DNA of 63,533 nt, filler included, from Octopus bimaculoides (GCF_001194135.2; 6 parts of 6 records of this genome joined end to end with filler, not necessarily neighbours in it), one strand, 5' to 3'. Shown: positions 34,846 to 49,085, counted from the first letter of the whole stretch. Notes: generated by a model from the letters alone, not told the origin. Program-made: numbers and translations.

Positions 34846-35072
34846 TCTACAGCGAACTGGCGAAAGGCTAGCGCAGGCAAGGTGCACAGACGAAAATGCG
34901 AACTACGCAAGCCCAGGGCCAACTTCTTGCCTTCAGCTCCTGCAGACGACCAGTGCCCGACCTGTAGCAGAGCCTTCCGAGCACACATCGGACAGGTCGA
35001 CAACAGCCGGACGCACTGTACTCCGTCTTCTTCTATTTGATATCCTTGGTCATCTTCCACAACGAATGAATA
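34846..35072 (+). mobile_element. Short 5'-truncated RTE LINE 3' end with degenerate terminal zinc finger
   Basis: RKCELRKPRANFLPSAPADDQCPTCSRAFRAHIGQVDNSRTH followed by an RTE-type UTR TTGGTCATCTTCCACAACGAA. Confidence 0.7.
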
Positions 35073-35825
35073 TGCTGTGCTTATGTGCGCGCGCGTGTGT
35101 GTGTGTGTGTGTGTGTGAAGGTATTGGGTTGCAGTTAAGGACAGATAACTCGCAATAGCAAAGATTCACAGGAATTCAGAGGTGGGTCATTTAAAACAAA
35201 TACCATCTCCGTCGCCGCCGCTGGCGCTTCGGCAGTCACAGTAGCTGCTGATAACGTCACGATAACAATGATGATAATGAGAGAGAGAGAGAGAGACGAG
35301 GAAAGTAGCATCAAAAGCTGGTAACATTGTTTGTGTAGCATTAGTAGAATACCAGGAGCGGTAGTGGTGGTGGCGGCGGTGCATATTTGTGGCACCTGCA
35401 TTGATTATAATAAGTGCGGTAAAACAGGTTGTGCACAGACAGTGCTCGCTAAGACCTCCTACACAATGAAATGCAAATTACAAAATACTAAAAGCAAAAA
35501 AAAAAAGAGAAAGAAAAAGAAAAGGAACAAAGAAGTAAAAGGTAAAAAAAAAATCTACTTGAGTAGGCGAGATGCACAAGTTGTTGCTGCAAACAAGTTT
35601 CTGTCTTTGTATATTAAAGACAAAAAAACAGCTTTCAGATATTTATTAATTTATTGTCCACAGGGGGCTAAACATAGAGGAGAGAAACAAGGACAGACAA
35701 AGGGATTACATCGACCCCAGTGCATAACTGGCACTTAATTTATCGACCCCCGAAAGGATGAAAGGCAAAGTCGACCTCGGCGGAATTTGAACTCAGAACG
35801 AAATACAACTAAGTATTTCGCCCGG

Positions 35826-36564
35826 GACATGGCAGTGTCTGAGTTTCTTATCAGGCAGGGAGTGCATGAAGACATTCAGTAATCCTCATACAAGATGAGA
35901 AAGGGCCAGTTTTTATCTCAAGCCATTAAGGACAATAGTAAAGAACGTGCTACGAAGCTTTTGAACAAACTCAAGCATCCCCCTCCAACCGAACATGCTT
36001 TGGTTTTTCTCAGACGAGAAAAGTTTCTGCCAGGATCAGATGGTGAACACACAGAACAACCGTTGGCTTGCCGTGTCCCAAAAACATGTACGGAGAGTGA
36101 TAAAAATCAAACATCCAGTCAGCATCATGGTGTTTGGAGTGATCACTAGTGATGGCGACGTTATGCCTCCATTCACCTTCTCACACAACCTCAGACTCAA
36201 CATGGAGGCTTACATCACCCCTAACATCTGGCCACCTAACTCCCCAGACTGCAACCCTCTTGAGTATTGGAGCGCTGTTGAGCGAGAGACTAACAAACCT
36301 CCTTGTAACACCAAAGATAATTGAAAACAAGGATTATGACAGCATTCACCAACTTAAACAAGGAAACCGCCCAGAAGAGTTGCAGGAGATTCCGAAGTCG
36401 TCTGGAGGCCGTGGTTGAAGCCAATGGCGATTTTATTGAATAAATTTACTCTTTAGTATTTCAAGTTATTTTTATGTAATTTTGGTAAAAGTATCTGTTA
36501 AAATGAGATGTCAGTGCTATTTTCATTTTGCGTAATTTAGACAATTTATTCACAGCATCCTGTA
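35826..36564 (+). mobile_element. Internally deleted Tc1/mariner-superfamily (maT/DD37D-like) transposon
   Basis: LWFFSDEK...NTQNNRW...HPVSIMVFGVITSDG...[deletion]...WPPNSPDCNPLEY. The right end is ...CATCCTG followed by TA. Confidence 0.85.
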
Positions 36565-38310
36565 CTTATATACGGCGGGCTTCCACACAGTTTCCATCCA
36601 TCGAAATCGGTCACAAGGCATTGTCCTACCCAGGGCTGTGTAGTAGAATACTCGTGCCTGAGATGTCGCTACTCTTAGGTTATGCTGCAAATTAGTAACC
36701 TAGAAACTCGTCGAGGGCCGCATGCGACCCGCGGATCTCCGGTTGCTCATGCATGATCTAGACCTAATGGAGTGAGTGTAGCTTTATAGACTGCAGGGTT
36801 AGAAAAGCAAAATTCCTACTGCGAACAAATGACTCGATTTCGGTAATTATAGGTGGGTTGTACGGCGGCGGGAGGTTGTGCAGATATATTTTCGATTATG
36901 GTACGCAATGCTGGAAACACTTTTGTCATCTATGCAAGACTAAAAGCCTAAATACCATGATTAACTGAAAACTTTGTGGTATTTATGCGTGGTGGAGAAG
37001 TGATACATTGCTCCCTAGTAGCACCATTTTAACATCACATTGCAGTGATTTATACAGCAGTTTTCAACATCGTTCAGTAAGTGACCTAACATTTCTAACA
37101 GGAAACTAGCTTTCCAGTGACCGATAAGGAGCCCACCTCCTTTCAAATCAAATTCGGTCAAGGATTTTCCTCATCTGAACATATGCTTTCGTACCTATGA
37201 AACTCTGAGTAATGGCCGTAACAGTCATTAATTACCTAACTACCCGCACACACACAGACACACAGCACAACTATAAGAAGAAGCGAATGACTTTAGATCT
37301 TTTTCTGGTACTTCCTGATCTCACAAGACTAACTCTCCCCACCGCTACCCCCGTTAACACCACCACCACCATCACATTAAGATAATGGAACCACTCTCAA
37401 TTGCTCTTCACAAGTGGAACTTTACAGAGTGGTTGGATCGCAAAGACCAGGCAAAATGCTACTTAAATACTCGACCAATCAGTGGATCACGGCCGCTCCT
37501 TCCAAGTCAACGCTGGTATTGTTATGTTCTGGTNNNNNNNNNNNNNNNNNNNNNNNNNNNNNNNNNNNNNNNNNNNNNNNNNNNNNNNNNNNNNNNNNNN
37601 NNNNNNNNNNNNNNNNNNNNNNNNNNNNNNNNNNNNNNNNNNNNNNNNNNNNNNNNNNNNNNNNNNNNNNNNNNNNNNNNNNNNNNNNNNNNNNNNNNNN
37701 NNNNNNNNNNNNNNNNNNNNNNNNNNNNNNNNNNNNNNNNNNNNNNNNNNNNNNNNNNNNNNNNNNNNNNNNNNNNNNNNNNNNNNNNNNNNNNNNNNNN
37801 NNNNNNNNNNNNNNNNNNNNNNNNNNNNNNNNNNNNNNNNNNNNNNNNNNGAGGTGGTGGTGATGGCGGCACTTGTAGGGCAAGTGGCGGCGGCAGATAG
37901 TGGTGATGGAGGTGGTGGTTATGTTGATAGCGATTGTGGTGGTGGTGATGATGGTAGTAGAGGCGATGTTAGTAGTGGTGGCCTTGGAAGGGGACCAGTG
38001 GTAATGATGGCAGTGGTGATGGCGGTAGTAGTGGTGGTTGTGGCGATTGCTGTAGTTGCGATAGGTGGTGGTGGTGGTGATGGTGATGGATGTAGTTGTG
38101 GTAAGAGGTGGTGGCAGTGATGGTGATGGTAGTGGTGGTGGTTTTTGTGACGCTGATTGCGTTGGCGATGATGGCAATGGTAGTAGTCACAGAGTGGTGG
38201 CAGCGGCGGCGGCTGTGGTGGCAACGGTGGTGGTGTCGGTGTCGTCGGACCTTCATTAATAACAACAAGCCAAATCGAATGAATTTGCAGAATTATCGAA
38301 AAAGTTGAAC

Positions 38311-38491
38311 TAAGCGTAGGAGTGGCTGTGTGGTAAGTAGCTTGCTTGCCAACCACATGGTTCCGGGTTCAGTCCCACTGCGTGGCAACTTGGGCAAGTG
38401 TCTTCTACTATAGCTTCGGGCCGACCAAAGCCTTGTGAGTCTATTTGGTAGACGGAAACTGAAAAAAGCCCGTCGTATATATGTATGTATA
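38311..38491 (+). mobile_element. Family B SINE 5' half, CpG-intact, cut by gap
   Basis: GTAGGAGTGGCTGTGTGGTAAGTAGCTTGC...CCGTCGTATAT. A near-identical head is at 39760-39940. Confidence 0.85.
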
Positions 38492-38984
38492 NNNNNNNNN
38501 NNNNNNNNNNNNNNNNNNNNNNNNNNNNNNNNNNNNNNNNNNNNNNNNNNNNNNNNNNNNNNNNNNNNNNNNNNNNNNNNNNNNNNNNNNNNNNNNNNNN
38601 NNNNNNNNNNNNNNNNNNNNNNNNNNNNNNNNNNNNNNNNNNNNNNNNNNNNNNNNNNNNNNNNNNNNNNNNNNNNNNNNNNNNNNNNNNNNNNNNNNNN
38701 NNNNNNNNNNNNNNNNNNNNNNNNNNNNNNNNNNNNNNNNNNNNNNNNNNNNNNNNNNNNNNNNNNNNNNNNNNNNNNNNNNNNNNNNNNNNNNNNNNNN
38801 NNNNNNNNNNNNNNNNNNNNNNNNNNNNNNNNNNNNNNNNNNNNNNNNNNNNNNNNNNNNNNNNNNNNNNNNNNNNNNNNNNNNNNNNNNNNNNNNNNNN
38901 NNNNNNNNNNNNNNNNNNNNNNNNNNNNNNNNNNNNNNNNNNNNNNNNNNNNNNNNNNNNNNNNNNNNNNNNNNNNNNNNNTTT

Positions 38985-39415
38985 CAGTAAGCTCACCTTG
39001 CAACCACGTGGCTTCGGGTTTCAGCCCCACTGTGCGGCATCTTAGGCAAGCATCTTCTACGAAAGCTCCGACCGGCCAAAGCCTCGTGAATGAAATTGGT
39101 AGACGGAAACTGTGTGAAAGCCCATCGTACACACATGTATATAAATTCTTTAAACTCTTTAAACTGTTTCAGCTGGGTGTGTGTGTGTGTGTGTGTGCAT
39201 GCGTGTGTACTTGTCTTTACATTGGCCCTCCACCACCGTTTGACAACCGGTGTTTGTTTGTTTACGTCTCCATAACATAGTGGGTCGGTCAAAGACACCG
39301 ATACATTAAGTACCAGATTTGAAAATAAATACTGGGGTCGATTCATTCGACTACAGCCTTCAAGGCGGTTTGTCCCAGTATGGCTGCAGTCCAGTGACTG
39401 AAACAAGTAAAAGAT
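38985..39415 (+). mobile_element. Family B SINE
   Basis: Head partly in the gap. Body and GAAACAAGTAAAAGA tail present. Confidence 0.75.
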
Positions 39416-40440
39416 ATTTTCAGGACTAAAAATGAAACGAAACCATTTCGAGGCGATATAGAAATAGATTTGGATATTCTGGATTAAGCAGAACGAATAT
39501 ATATAATTGGTTAAAAGTCACTTACTAAGTACATGTAGCTTACTTTAGCATTGATTGATTCATTCATTCATCCCTGATCTGGGATAACGCGAATCAGCGA
39601 TCAGTTGAAGATTCTGCTAATATCGCAACAAAAAAAAAAGGGCCCCACTGAGCACCCAGAATGTACTGACTGTTGCTTGTGTTTACATGGCTGCTCAGCA
39701 AGATCGAGTAATACTCGATCTCATGTAAAAGTCGAAACCCTATTTTTGACCAAAAAATTGGGAGTGGCTGTGGTAAGTAGCTTGCTTACCAACCACATGG
39801 TCCCGGGTTCAGTCCCACTGCGTGGCATCTTGGGCAAGTGTCTTCTACTATAGCCTCGGGCCGACCAAAGCCTTGTGAGTGGATTTGGTAGACGGAAACT
39901 GAAAGAAGCCCGTCGTATATATGTATATATATATATATATNNNNNNNNNNNNNNNNNNNNNNNNNNNNNNNNNNNNNNNNNNNNNNNNNNNNNNNNNNNN
40001 NNNNNNNNNNNNNNNNNNNNNNNNNNNNNNNNNNNNNNNNNNNNNNNNNNNNNNNNNNNNNNNNNNNNNNNNNNNNNNNNNNNNNNNNNNNNNNNNNNNN
40101 NNNNNNNNNNNNNNNNNNNNNNNNNNNNNNNNNNNNNNNNNNNNNNNNNNNNNNNNNNNNNNNNNNNNNNNNNNNNNNNNNNNNNNNNNNNNNNNNNNNN
40201 NNNNNNNNNNNNNNNNNNNNNNNNNNNNNNNNNNNNNNNNNNNNNNNNNNNNNNNNNNNNNNNNNNNNNNNNNNNNNNNNNNNNNNNNNNNNNNNNNNNN
40301 NNNNNNNNNNNNNNNNNNNNNNNNNNNNNNNNNNNNNNNNNNNNNNNNNNNNNNNNNNNNNNNNNNNNNNNNNNNNNNNNNNNNNNNNNNNNNNNNNNNN
40401 NNNNNNNNNNNNNNNNNNNNNNNNNNNNNNNNNNNNNNNN

Positions 40441-40758
40441 TAGACCGGGCGTTGTGAGTGTTTATTGAGCGAAAACACCTAAAGCTCCACGAGGCTCCCG
40501 CAGGGGATGGTGGCGAACCCTGCTGTACTCTTTCACCACAACTTTCTCTCACTCCTACTTCCTGTTTCTGTTGTGCTTGTAATTCAAAGGGTCAGCCTTG
40601 TCACACACTGTGTCATGCTGAATATCCCCGAGAACTACGTTAAGGATACACGTGTCCGTGGAGTGCTCAGCCACTTGCACGTTAATTTCACGAGCAGGCT
40701 GTTCCGTTGATCGGATCAACTGGAACCCTCGACGTCGTAAGCGACGGAGTGCCAACAA
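40441..40758 (+). mobile_element. Family D SINE, head in gap
   Basis: Matches the reverse complement of 16528-16830. Confidence 0.85.
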
Positions 40759-41189
40759 ATAGTAAAACACGATTTAATAGCAAGCTCGACACATTTGTTC
40801 ATGGGTGCAACATCACCATTACTAACATGCAAGCACAGGATATGCTGCAAGCCTGCATACATTTTCAAGCCCAATAAACACATGCGTCACAGACAACACT
40901 GTTGCCGAAAAGCCTACTCGTTAATTCTCGTGAATAAAACAAAGTATCAAGGGAGGCTACTCTTTTGTGGCTTATTTTGGTTATTTGTCTCCCTTGAATT
41001 TGTCTTTTGGGGGAAACTGTTTTGTGGTCAATTTTTTTGTGTACTGAATTCGTTTGTTATTGGGGCATGTTTCTTTTGTGTGTGGAGTCTGTGTGCTATG
41101 TGTGTTCAGATTTTACGTTCAGGAAAGGGACTATCCTGGTGGGGTAACCGTTGATGATTGGTTAAGATAAATATTGCTATATGGCACCT

Positions 41190-41520
41190 GTGCCCAGTGT
41201 CGCTTTTCTGGCACTTGTGCCCGCAGCATGTGCAAGGACTTTCGAGCGAGATCGTTGTTAGTGCCCCTGGACTGGCCCTTGTGCAGGTGGCACATAAAAT
41301 ACACCATTTTGAGCGCGGCCGTTGCCAGTACCGCCTGACTGGCCTTCGTGCCGGTGGCACGTAAAAGCACCCACTACACTCTCGGAGTGGTTGGCGTTAG
41401 GAAGGACATCCAGCTGTAGAAACTCTGCCAAATCAGATTGGAGCCTGGTGTAGCCATCTGGTTTCACCGGTCTTCAGTCAAGTGGGTGCTTTTACGTGCC
41501 ACCGGCATGAGGGCCAGTCA
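41190..41520 (+). mobile_element. Family A / RTE 3' UTR copy abutting an inverted 39-bp piece of a second copy
   Basis: 41336-41374 vs reverse complement of 41482-41520, 2 mismatches. Confidence 0.75.
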
Positions 41521-41612
41521 NNNNNNNNNNNNNNNNNNNNNNNNNNNNNNNNNNNNNNNNNNNNNNNNNNNNNNNNNNNNNNNNNNNNNNNNNNNNNNNN
41601 NNNNNNNNNNNN

Positions 41613-41651
<39 letters not shown>

Positions 41652-43162
41652 ATGTGTATATATATATATATATATACTCACACACACACACGGAAATAAT
41701 ACATAGACATATATATTATATATCTATACACAGACACACACACACATGCATACAAACATCACATGCACATATACACAGACGCATATATATATATCAGTGG
41801 AAAAGTATACAATCAATGAAAAAACGTACGTGATGTTGAGTAAAAATTTGCGAGTCGGCATGTAGCTAGAGAATTAGGCTCGTGCCTGTATGTGCATGGA
41901 AGACTGACTAATGACCACGGGTGTCATTAACCGCGACCCTCTCTGTGTGTGATTGCGTGTGAGTGACAGGGAGAGAGGCAGACAGAGACAGAAGGAAGGA
42001 AAGAATAAGGGTGTTTGTCACATTAATAGGGTTTATGATAAACAGGATTACATATGCAGATCTAAGGTTTCGTTCATTCGTTCATTCCGGCATATTGGTT
42101 GACTGTACTCATCAGCTGATGGCTATGTGTTGGTGGTTGGGGAGTGGTGGGGGTGGCGTGCATGTTGTTGGTGGTAAGGGTGGTGGGAAGGATGGACGTG
42201 GGGGTTGTGCTACTGAGGACGATGATCGCCATAGTGGTGATAGTGGTGTTAATGATGGTGGCTGTGGTTGCGGTAGTAGTGGCGGTGATAATGATGATGG
42301 GTGTTGTTGCGGTGGTAGTGGTGACGATAGTGGTTGATGGTGGTGGTGGGAGGAGGGGTTGATGGTTGTTGTGATAGATATGACAGTGACGGTGATGTTG
42401 CTGGGTTGCAATGGTGGTGGTGGTGATGGTGGTGATGGTGGTGATGATGGTGGTGGTGATGGTGGTGGTGGTGGTGATGGCGGTTATGTGGTCGTGATTT
42501 TGTTCATGATGATGATGGTGATGATGTTGATAATGATAAGCAGGAGAAGGTGGAAGAAAAAGGAATGTCGCCCAAATATAAGATAAATCCACAACACACA
42601 CACACATTTCCAACACAGGCACAGTATTCCTCTCGTTCTACACACACACACACTCACTCACAAGCACAAACACACTATCCCATCAAAGCACCCACACACA
42701 CACACACACATATACTCAATAACACAAACAAATGCACAAACACACACATACATACATTATAACAACATCCAACCACAACCATAACCAGACAGACCTAACA
42801 ACAAACACACACACACACACAACTCACTATTACCTCCTTTTCTTTCTTTCCCCTTTCTCTCTCCCCATCTCCTTTCCTACAGTCAGCCTCTCTCCCTTTC
42901 TCTCTCTCTCTCTCTATTTCTCTATTTCTCCCTCTCTATATCTTTTTTTATTTTCACAAGTTTCTTCCCTTTTCCCTTTCTATCAATATTTTTTTTTTTT
43001 TTCATAGCTCACACTCTCTGGAACTCTCTCTCCTTCTCTCAGTCCCCTTTTCTCTCTCTCTCTCCTTCTCTCTCTCTTTCACACACTCACTCCCATATAT
43101 ATTTTGTGATTTCTTTTTCAGTATACATAAATACATACATATCTATCTATCTATCTACCTAC

Positions 43163-43193
<31 letters not shown>

Positions 43194-43222
43194 CCTACCT
43201 ACCTACCTATCTATCTATCTAC

Positions 43223-43281
<59 letters not shown>

Positions 43282-43501
43282 CCTACCTATCTCTCTATCT
43301 ATATATCTATCTACCTACCTACCTACCTATCTATCTATCCACCTATTTATCTATCTATCTATGTGCGTGTGTTTTTTATGTGTGCGCATATACAAATATA
43401 TATATATATCAGATTGGAGCCTGGTGCAGCCACCTGGTTCACCAGTCAGTCAAATCGTCCAACCCATGCTAGCTTGGAAAGCGGACGTTAAACGATGATG
43501 A

Positions 43502-43544
<43 letters not shown>

Positions 43545-46500
43545 CACACACACACAAACATATACATACAAACACACACACATATACATATATTTCAATG
43601 CATGTATATATGCATACATATACATAAATATATATATGTGTGTGTGTGTCTGTGTGTATGTATTTGTATATATGTATTTAAAAATACATGCATATTTAAA
43701 CCCACTTTTTTCCCCCATCACTGTCTCTTCCTCCTCTCTCCATGCTCTCCCTCCCTCCCTCACTCTGTCTCTCTCTCTCTCTTGGTTTTCTCCAAGAACA
43801 TCCATTTTTCCAGCCTCCAGACACCGACAAATGAACAGTTGAACAGTTGCAGTTGTGAACATGTATCCAAGTGGAGAAAATGGTTAAGTTCTAGACTACT
43901 GAAGTTTGTTGAGGACGATTAATATACACTCTCTCCCTCACACACACACACTCAGAAACACACACATACATAAACACACACAAGCACACAAACATTTGAC
44001 AATACCACTACATGTTATATAAAGGCAGTAAACCAATAAATTATGGAAATGAGCAAAGATACCACACATGCCAACATATACACATATATACAAATGCATA
44101 TACATGACTATACAATCAAATACACATATATACTATATATATAGACACGTGCAAAGCAACAAATGCACTCATACACACACATACATATATTATATATTAT
44201 ATATATACATACATACACACATATATATGCATACATACACACACGCACACACTCATGTATGCAACATATGGGCATATAATATATATATGCACACATATAT
44301 ACACAAGTATTGATAGATATATGCTTACATAAACTCAAACAGCTGCAGTGTTGAGAGAAATAATATAAATAAGAAAATAATGTACATCATGTCGGTGGTG
44401 AGTGTATATACACTGGCTGTATACACATTGATTGCATGTGCTTTATTACCTGTACACACTTTTGAATTCTACAGCAAGGTAAGTGCTTTTGTTTCAGTAA
44501 ATATTGGCTTAAGATTTTCGTACAAAAGACCTGCAAGTTCGAGGGAGGGACTAAAGTTGATTACATCGANNNNNNNNNNNNNNNNNNNNNNNNNNNNNNN
44601 NNNNNNNNNNNNNNNNNNNNNNNNNNNNNNNNNNNNNNNNNNNNNNNNNNNNNNNNNNNNNNNNNNNNNNNNNNNNNNNNNNNNNNNNNNNNNNNNNNNN
44701 NNNNNNNNNNNNNNNNNNNNNNNNNNNNNNNNNNNNNNNNNNNNNNNNNNNNNNNNNNNNNNNNNNNNNNNNNNNNNNNNNNNNNNNNNNNNNNNNNNNN
44801 NNNNNNNNNNNNNNNNNNNNNNNNNNNNNNNNNNNNNNNNNNNNNNNNNNNNNNNNNNNNNNNNNNNNNNNNNNNNNNNNNNNNNNNNNNNNNNNNNNNN
44901 NNNNNNNNNNNNNNNNNNNNNNNNNNNNNNNNNNNNNNNNNNNNNNNNNNNNNNNNNNNNNNNNNNNNNNNNNNNNNNNNNNNNNNNNNNNNNNNNNNNN
45001 NNNNNNNNNNNNNNNNNNNNNNNNNNNNNNNNNNNNNNNNNNNNNNNNNNNNNNNNNNNNNNNNNNNNNNNNNNNNNNNNNNNNNNNNNNNNNNNNNNNN
45101 NNNNNNNNNNNNNNNNNNNNNNNNNNNNNNNNNNNNNNNNNNNNNNNNNNNNNNNNNNNNNNNNNNNNNNNNNNNNNNNNNNNNNNNNNNNNNNNNNNNN
45201 NNNNNNNNNNNNNNNNNNNNNNNNNNNNNNNNNNNNNNNNNNNNNNNNNNNNNNNNNNNNNNNNNNNNNNNNNNNNNNNNNNNNNNNNNNNNNNNNNNNN
45301 NNNNNNNNNNNNNNNNNNNNNNNNNNNNNNNNNNNNNNNNNNNNNNNNNNNNNNNNNNNNNNNNNNNNNNNNNNNNNNNNNNNNNNNNNNNNNNNNNNNN
45401 NNNNNNNNNNNNNNNNNNNNNNNNNNCTGGGAATCGAAACCGCGATCCTACGACTGCGAGTCCGCTGCCCTAACCACTGGGCCATTGCGCCTCCACACTC
45501 TATCAACAACAAAGCATAAAGAAACAGCAATCATCTGTGAAGATGGAGCAATAATGCTTGTTTGTTTGTTTGTTTGTTCATTTGTTTGTATGTATGTATG
45601 CATGTATGTATATATATCTACCTATGTATGTATATATATTATAAACTAAACTAATTTCTTTTCTTCTTGTTTTGAGTTTCATATCACTTACGATCATCAG
45701 ACAAACCGTTATTTTGAAATTTTGGGTTGACTTTCTATTAACTGGAATCGGTTAATCCATAAAAACCATTTAGATAGCTACTGTCTAAACGATTTTTAGA
45801 GACTATCTAAGCTTATTGCTATTTCATTTCGAAATTTTTTTTTAGTTGTTTTGTTTTCATTGATCAACTTCTGTAGTACATCTGAATCGTCAACTGTTTA
45901 TTTATGTCTTCTATCATTATTAAGTTGAAGCATTTTATTGACCATTTCTCTTGGTACTGTAGCTCAGCTTGTTGACTTTGTAATTATATGTTGTCTACAA
46001 GTTATCGAAAAATACAGAACACGCCTAAATTTGAACGCATAACCAACTTTGGTCTCAGTATATATCTTAATTCATGTTAACATACCCATCACTGTAAATA
46101 CTTCATCTCACTTCTTTAGCTTTTGAGCTTTTGTATATTTATTTACCCCTCCCCAAAATATGAGCAATTACTTCCCCTGTCCCGAATAATAACGAACACC
46201 AATTACCTCTCTTTAGATTTTTCTACTTGATGATTCATTTCATTCACAGGCTTTCATACACAACAAGGACTAAAATCTTAAGAAAATATGAGATCACAAT
46301 AATTTCAATGTCATGATTAGTGAAAGCGAAACCGGTCGACAAACAATACTCTTTCACTTATAAAATATATTAAAAAATATATTACAACTACGTAAACTGT
46401 GTGCAACTTCCTTCTGCTATTTCATATATATATATACATTTTATACATTACAACTCACCGCGTGGGGATAATTGAAATTCTTATCCCCTTTTTTTCTTAC

Positions 46501-47246
46501 TACATATATATATATATATANNNNNNNNNNNNNNNNNNNNNNNNNNNNNNNNNNNNNNNNNNNNTTAATTAATTAANNNNNNNNNNNNNNNNNNNNNNNN
46601 NNNNNNNNNNNNNNNNNNNNATGTGGGTAGGGGGTGGGTGTAAGGAACATGTATATATATGTATGTATGTGTGTAAGTTTGTATGTATGTATTCTGCATA
46701 GTCATGTGTTTGTGTGCTTTTATGTGTGTGTGTGTGTTTGCATGTGTGTGTGTGTGTGTGTGTTTGCATGTGTGTGTACCTCTGTCTCCTTGTGTGTGCA
46801 TGTCTGAGTGTGTCTGTGTATGGGTTTTTGTGACTATGTACTGTGTCTGTATGTATGGATGTGTGTTTGCATATGCATCCTTCTGTGAAGTGAAGTGTGT
46901 GTGTATATGGTCACGTGTTTCATTTGCGTATGTATGTGTGTTTTTGTGGAGCCCGGAAGCGAAATTTCTTTTCCCATAAGAGTTCCGGATCCCAGTAATG
47001 AACTCATTTGCATACAACCAATCAGAGCTCACCTTGACAATCCACATACTGTGTACTACTACAGTACGGCCAGTCAGGAGGAGAAGGAGGAGAAGGGGGA
47101 GAAGGAGAAGAAGAAGAAGAAGAAGAAGAAGAAGAAGAAGANNNNNNNNNNAGAAGAAGAAGAAGAAGAAGAAGAAGAAGAAGAAGAAGAAGAAGGTCTC
47201 ACATAAGCACCCATCCGCCCACCACCCTCATAGATCAATTGAGCAC

Positions 47247-47455
47247 CATCGTTAGCACGCCGGGCGAAATGCTTTGTGGTATTTCGTCTGCCGTTACGTT
47301 CTGAGTTCAAATTCCGCCGAGGTCGACTTTGCCTTTCATCCTTTCGAGGTCGATTAAATAAGTACCAGTTACGCACTGGGGTCGATGTAATCGACTTAAT
47401 CCCTTTGTTTGTCCCCACTGTGTTTAGCCTCCTGTGGGCAATAAAACAAAAAAAT
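47247..47455 (+). mobile_element. Family C SINE
   Basis: CGTTAGCACGCCGGGCGAAATGC...GAGGTCGACTTTGCC...GGGCAATAAA. Confidence 0.85.
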
Positions 47456-47794
47456 ATATATGGCGCTAACATTAGGTACTCTCTGTATTGTGTGTGTAAA
47501 ACACGTTGTGAAATCATATATTTACACTTGAAACTATTTGAAGTTAGATCCCTGAATATCAGACCAAACACCACCAGGCATTCAGTTCCACGCTCTAATG
47601 ACTCAACCTGTTCGCTGCTTTTCGTATTTCTTTTATGCATTTGGATTTTGAAACGAGAGGAAGACTTTTCATGCAACTGTTGGCAGCTGCACTTTGTATA
47701 GTGTTGCAGTCAAACACATCCCTATTTTGTTGTAAACAGGGATGCAGCACTAAAAATAATGACTGAAAGGATCAGTTTGGTTGATCTATTAAAT

Positions 47795-48062
47795 CAGTGG
47801 CTCCCAACTGGGGTCCATAAAACCCTTGGAGGCCCATTTAAGATTTTGCTGTTTAAATTTATCTACAATAAATAGGTTATACTTCTATAATACACAAAAT
47901 ATTCCAAAATTTTCTTTTTTACAATTCCCAATAATATTCAATTATAAAAATGCAAAATGGTTTATTTCAACACTGAATGGCTTTGAGAGTCCACTTCAGT
48001 AAAATAGGGATCAGAGGGGTCCACAGGTGAAAAAAAGAGAAAAAAATGGTTGAGAACTACTG
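47795..48062. mobile_element. hAT-like non-autonomous element
   Basis: Termini CAGTGGCTCCCAAC / GTTGAGAACTACTG. A related element at 49740-50176 carries a SINE insertion. Confidence 0.55.
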
Positions 48063-48196
48063 TGATGAAAGATTTTGTTTTTCCTGTCCGACAGAAACAC
48101 ATGAATATGCAGAATACATACGTAATGATTACACAAATATCTCACCGAAGTATTTACGGGTGTAGAAATGTGTTGAAACAATTGTATTGATTTTGA

Positions 48197-49085
48197 GGAT
48201 CTTTATGGTTTGACGGGCAACATTTTTTTATGTAGTGTTTTTGGTACCGAAACACTTTCAAACTTCGAATACTTGTATATTTTGTGTTATAGAACAGATA
48301 AAAAAATTTGTATTCGAAGTTATTTCATGTAAAAAATTGTCGTATTTCGGTAATTTCAACCAATCACTGACGTCTATTGAGGTGAAAACATTTACGCCGT
48401 GGAATGTAAACAACGGTGTCAGGGGATCTTTTCCCTTGAATAAAATTAGTGTCGTTGTTTGTCAACAAAAACTATCCGTTGTCAACAACAACTATCAGCG
48501 GTATATATTTCGTTTGTCACTGTTATTTATGACATCGTTCGTGCGTTNNNNNNNNNNNNNNNNNNNNNNNNNNNNNNNNNNNNNNNNNNNNNNNNNNNNN
48601 NNNNNNNNNNNNNNNNNNNNNNNNNNNNNNNNNNNNNNNNNNNNNNNNNNNNNNNNNNNNNNNNNNNNNNNNNNNNNNNNNNNNNNNNNNNNNNNNNNNN
48701 NNNNNNNNNNNNNNNNNNNNNNNNNNNCTTAACCATAATCCTAACCCTAACCCTAACCCCAACCCTAACCCTAAAACCCTAACCCTAAAATCCGAACCCT
48801 AACCCTAAAACCCTAAACCCTTACTAGGGAATAATGATATAATTAAACAGGGAATAACACACTTGACACCGAACAGCACTAACTGTATTCAGCTGAATAG
48901 ACGTCAGTGATTGGTTGAAATTACAGAAATACGACAACTTTAACATGAAATAACTTATTAAGAAGTAATTTTTGTTAAGAAGGCTAAGAGAAAAAGATGT
49001 TTTATATGACACATTCTACCAGTATCCCAAGTTTGAAAGTGTTTCGTTAAGAAAACAAGTGTTGCCCGTCAAACCATAAAGATCC
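48197..49085. mobile_element. Non-autonomous DNA element with 26-bp perfect TIRs and an internal (CCCTAA)n tract
   Basis: GGATCTTTATGGTTTGACGGGCAACA / TGTTGCCCGTCAAACCATAAAGATCC, subterminal inverted block CAACCAATCACTGACGTC, telomere-like repeat at 48728-48822. Confidence 0.85.

Noticed and set aside
37385-37533. ORFs running into the gap (MEPLSIALHKW..., ...LLKYSTNQWITAA...)
   Set aside because: No recognisable domain or splice support. Too short to call.
42061-42116. CTGATGAG...GAAAC on the minus strand as a hammerhead (also CTGATGAG at about 53550)
   Set aside because: Stem II and stem I do not pair and there is no NUH in register.
48728-48822. Telomere or chromosome-fusion site
   Set aside because: Short, degenerate, and enclosed by the TIRs of a dispersed element.
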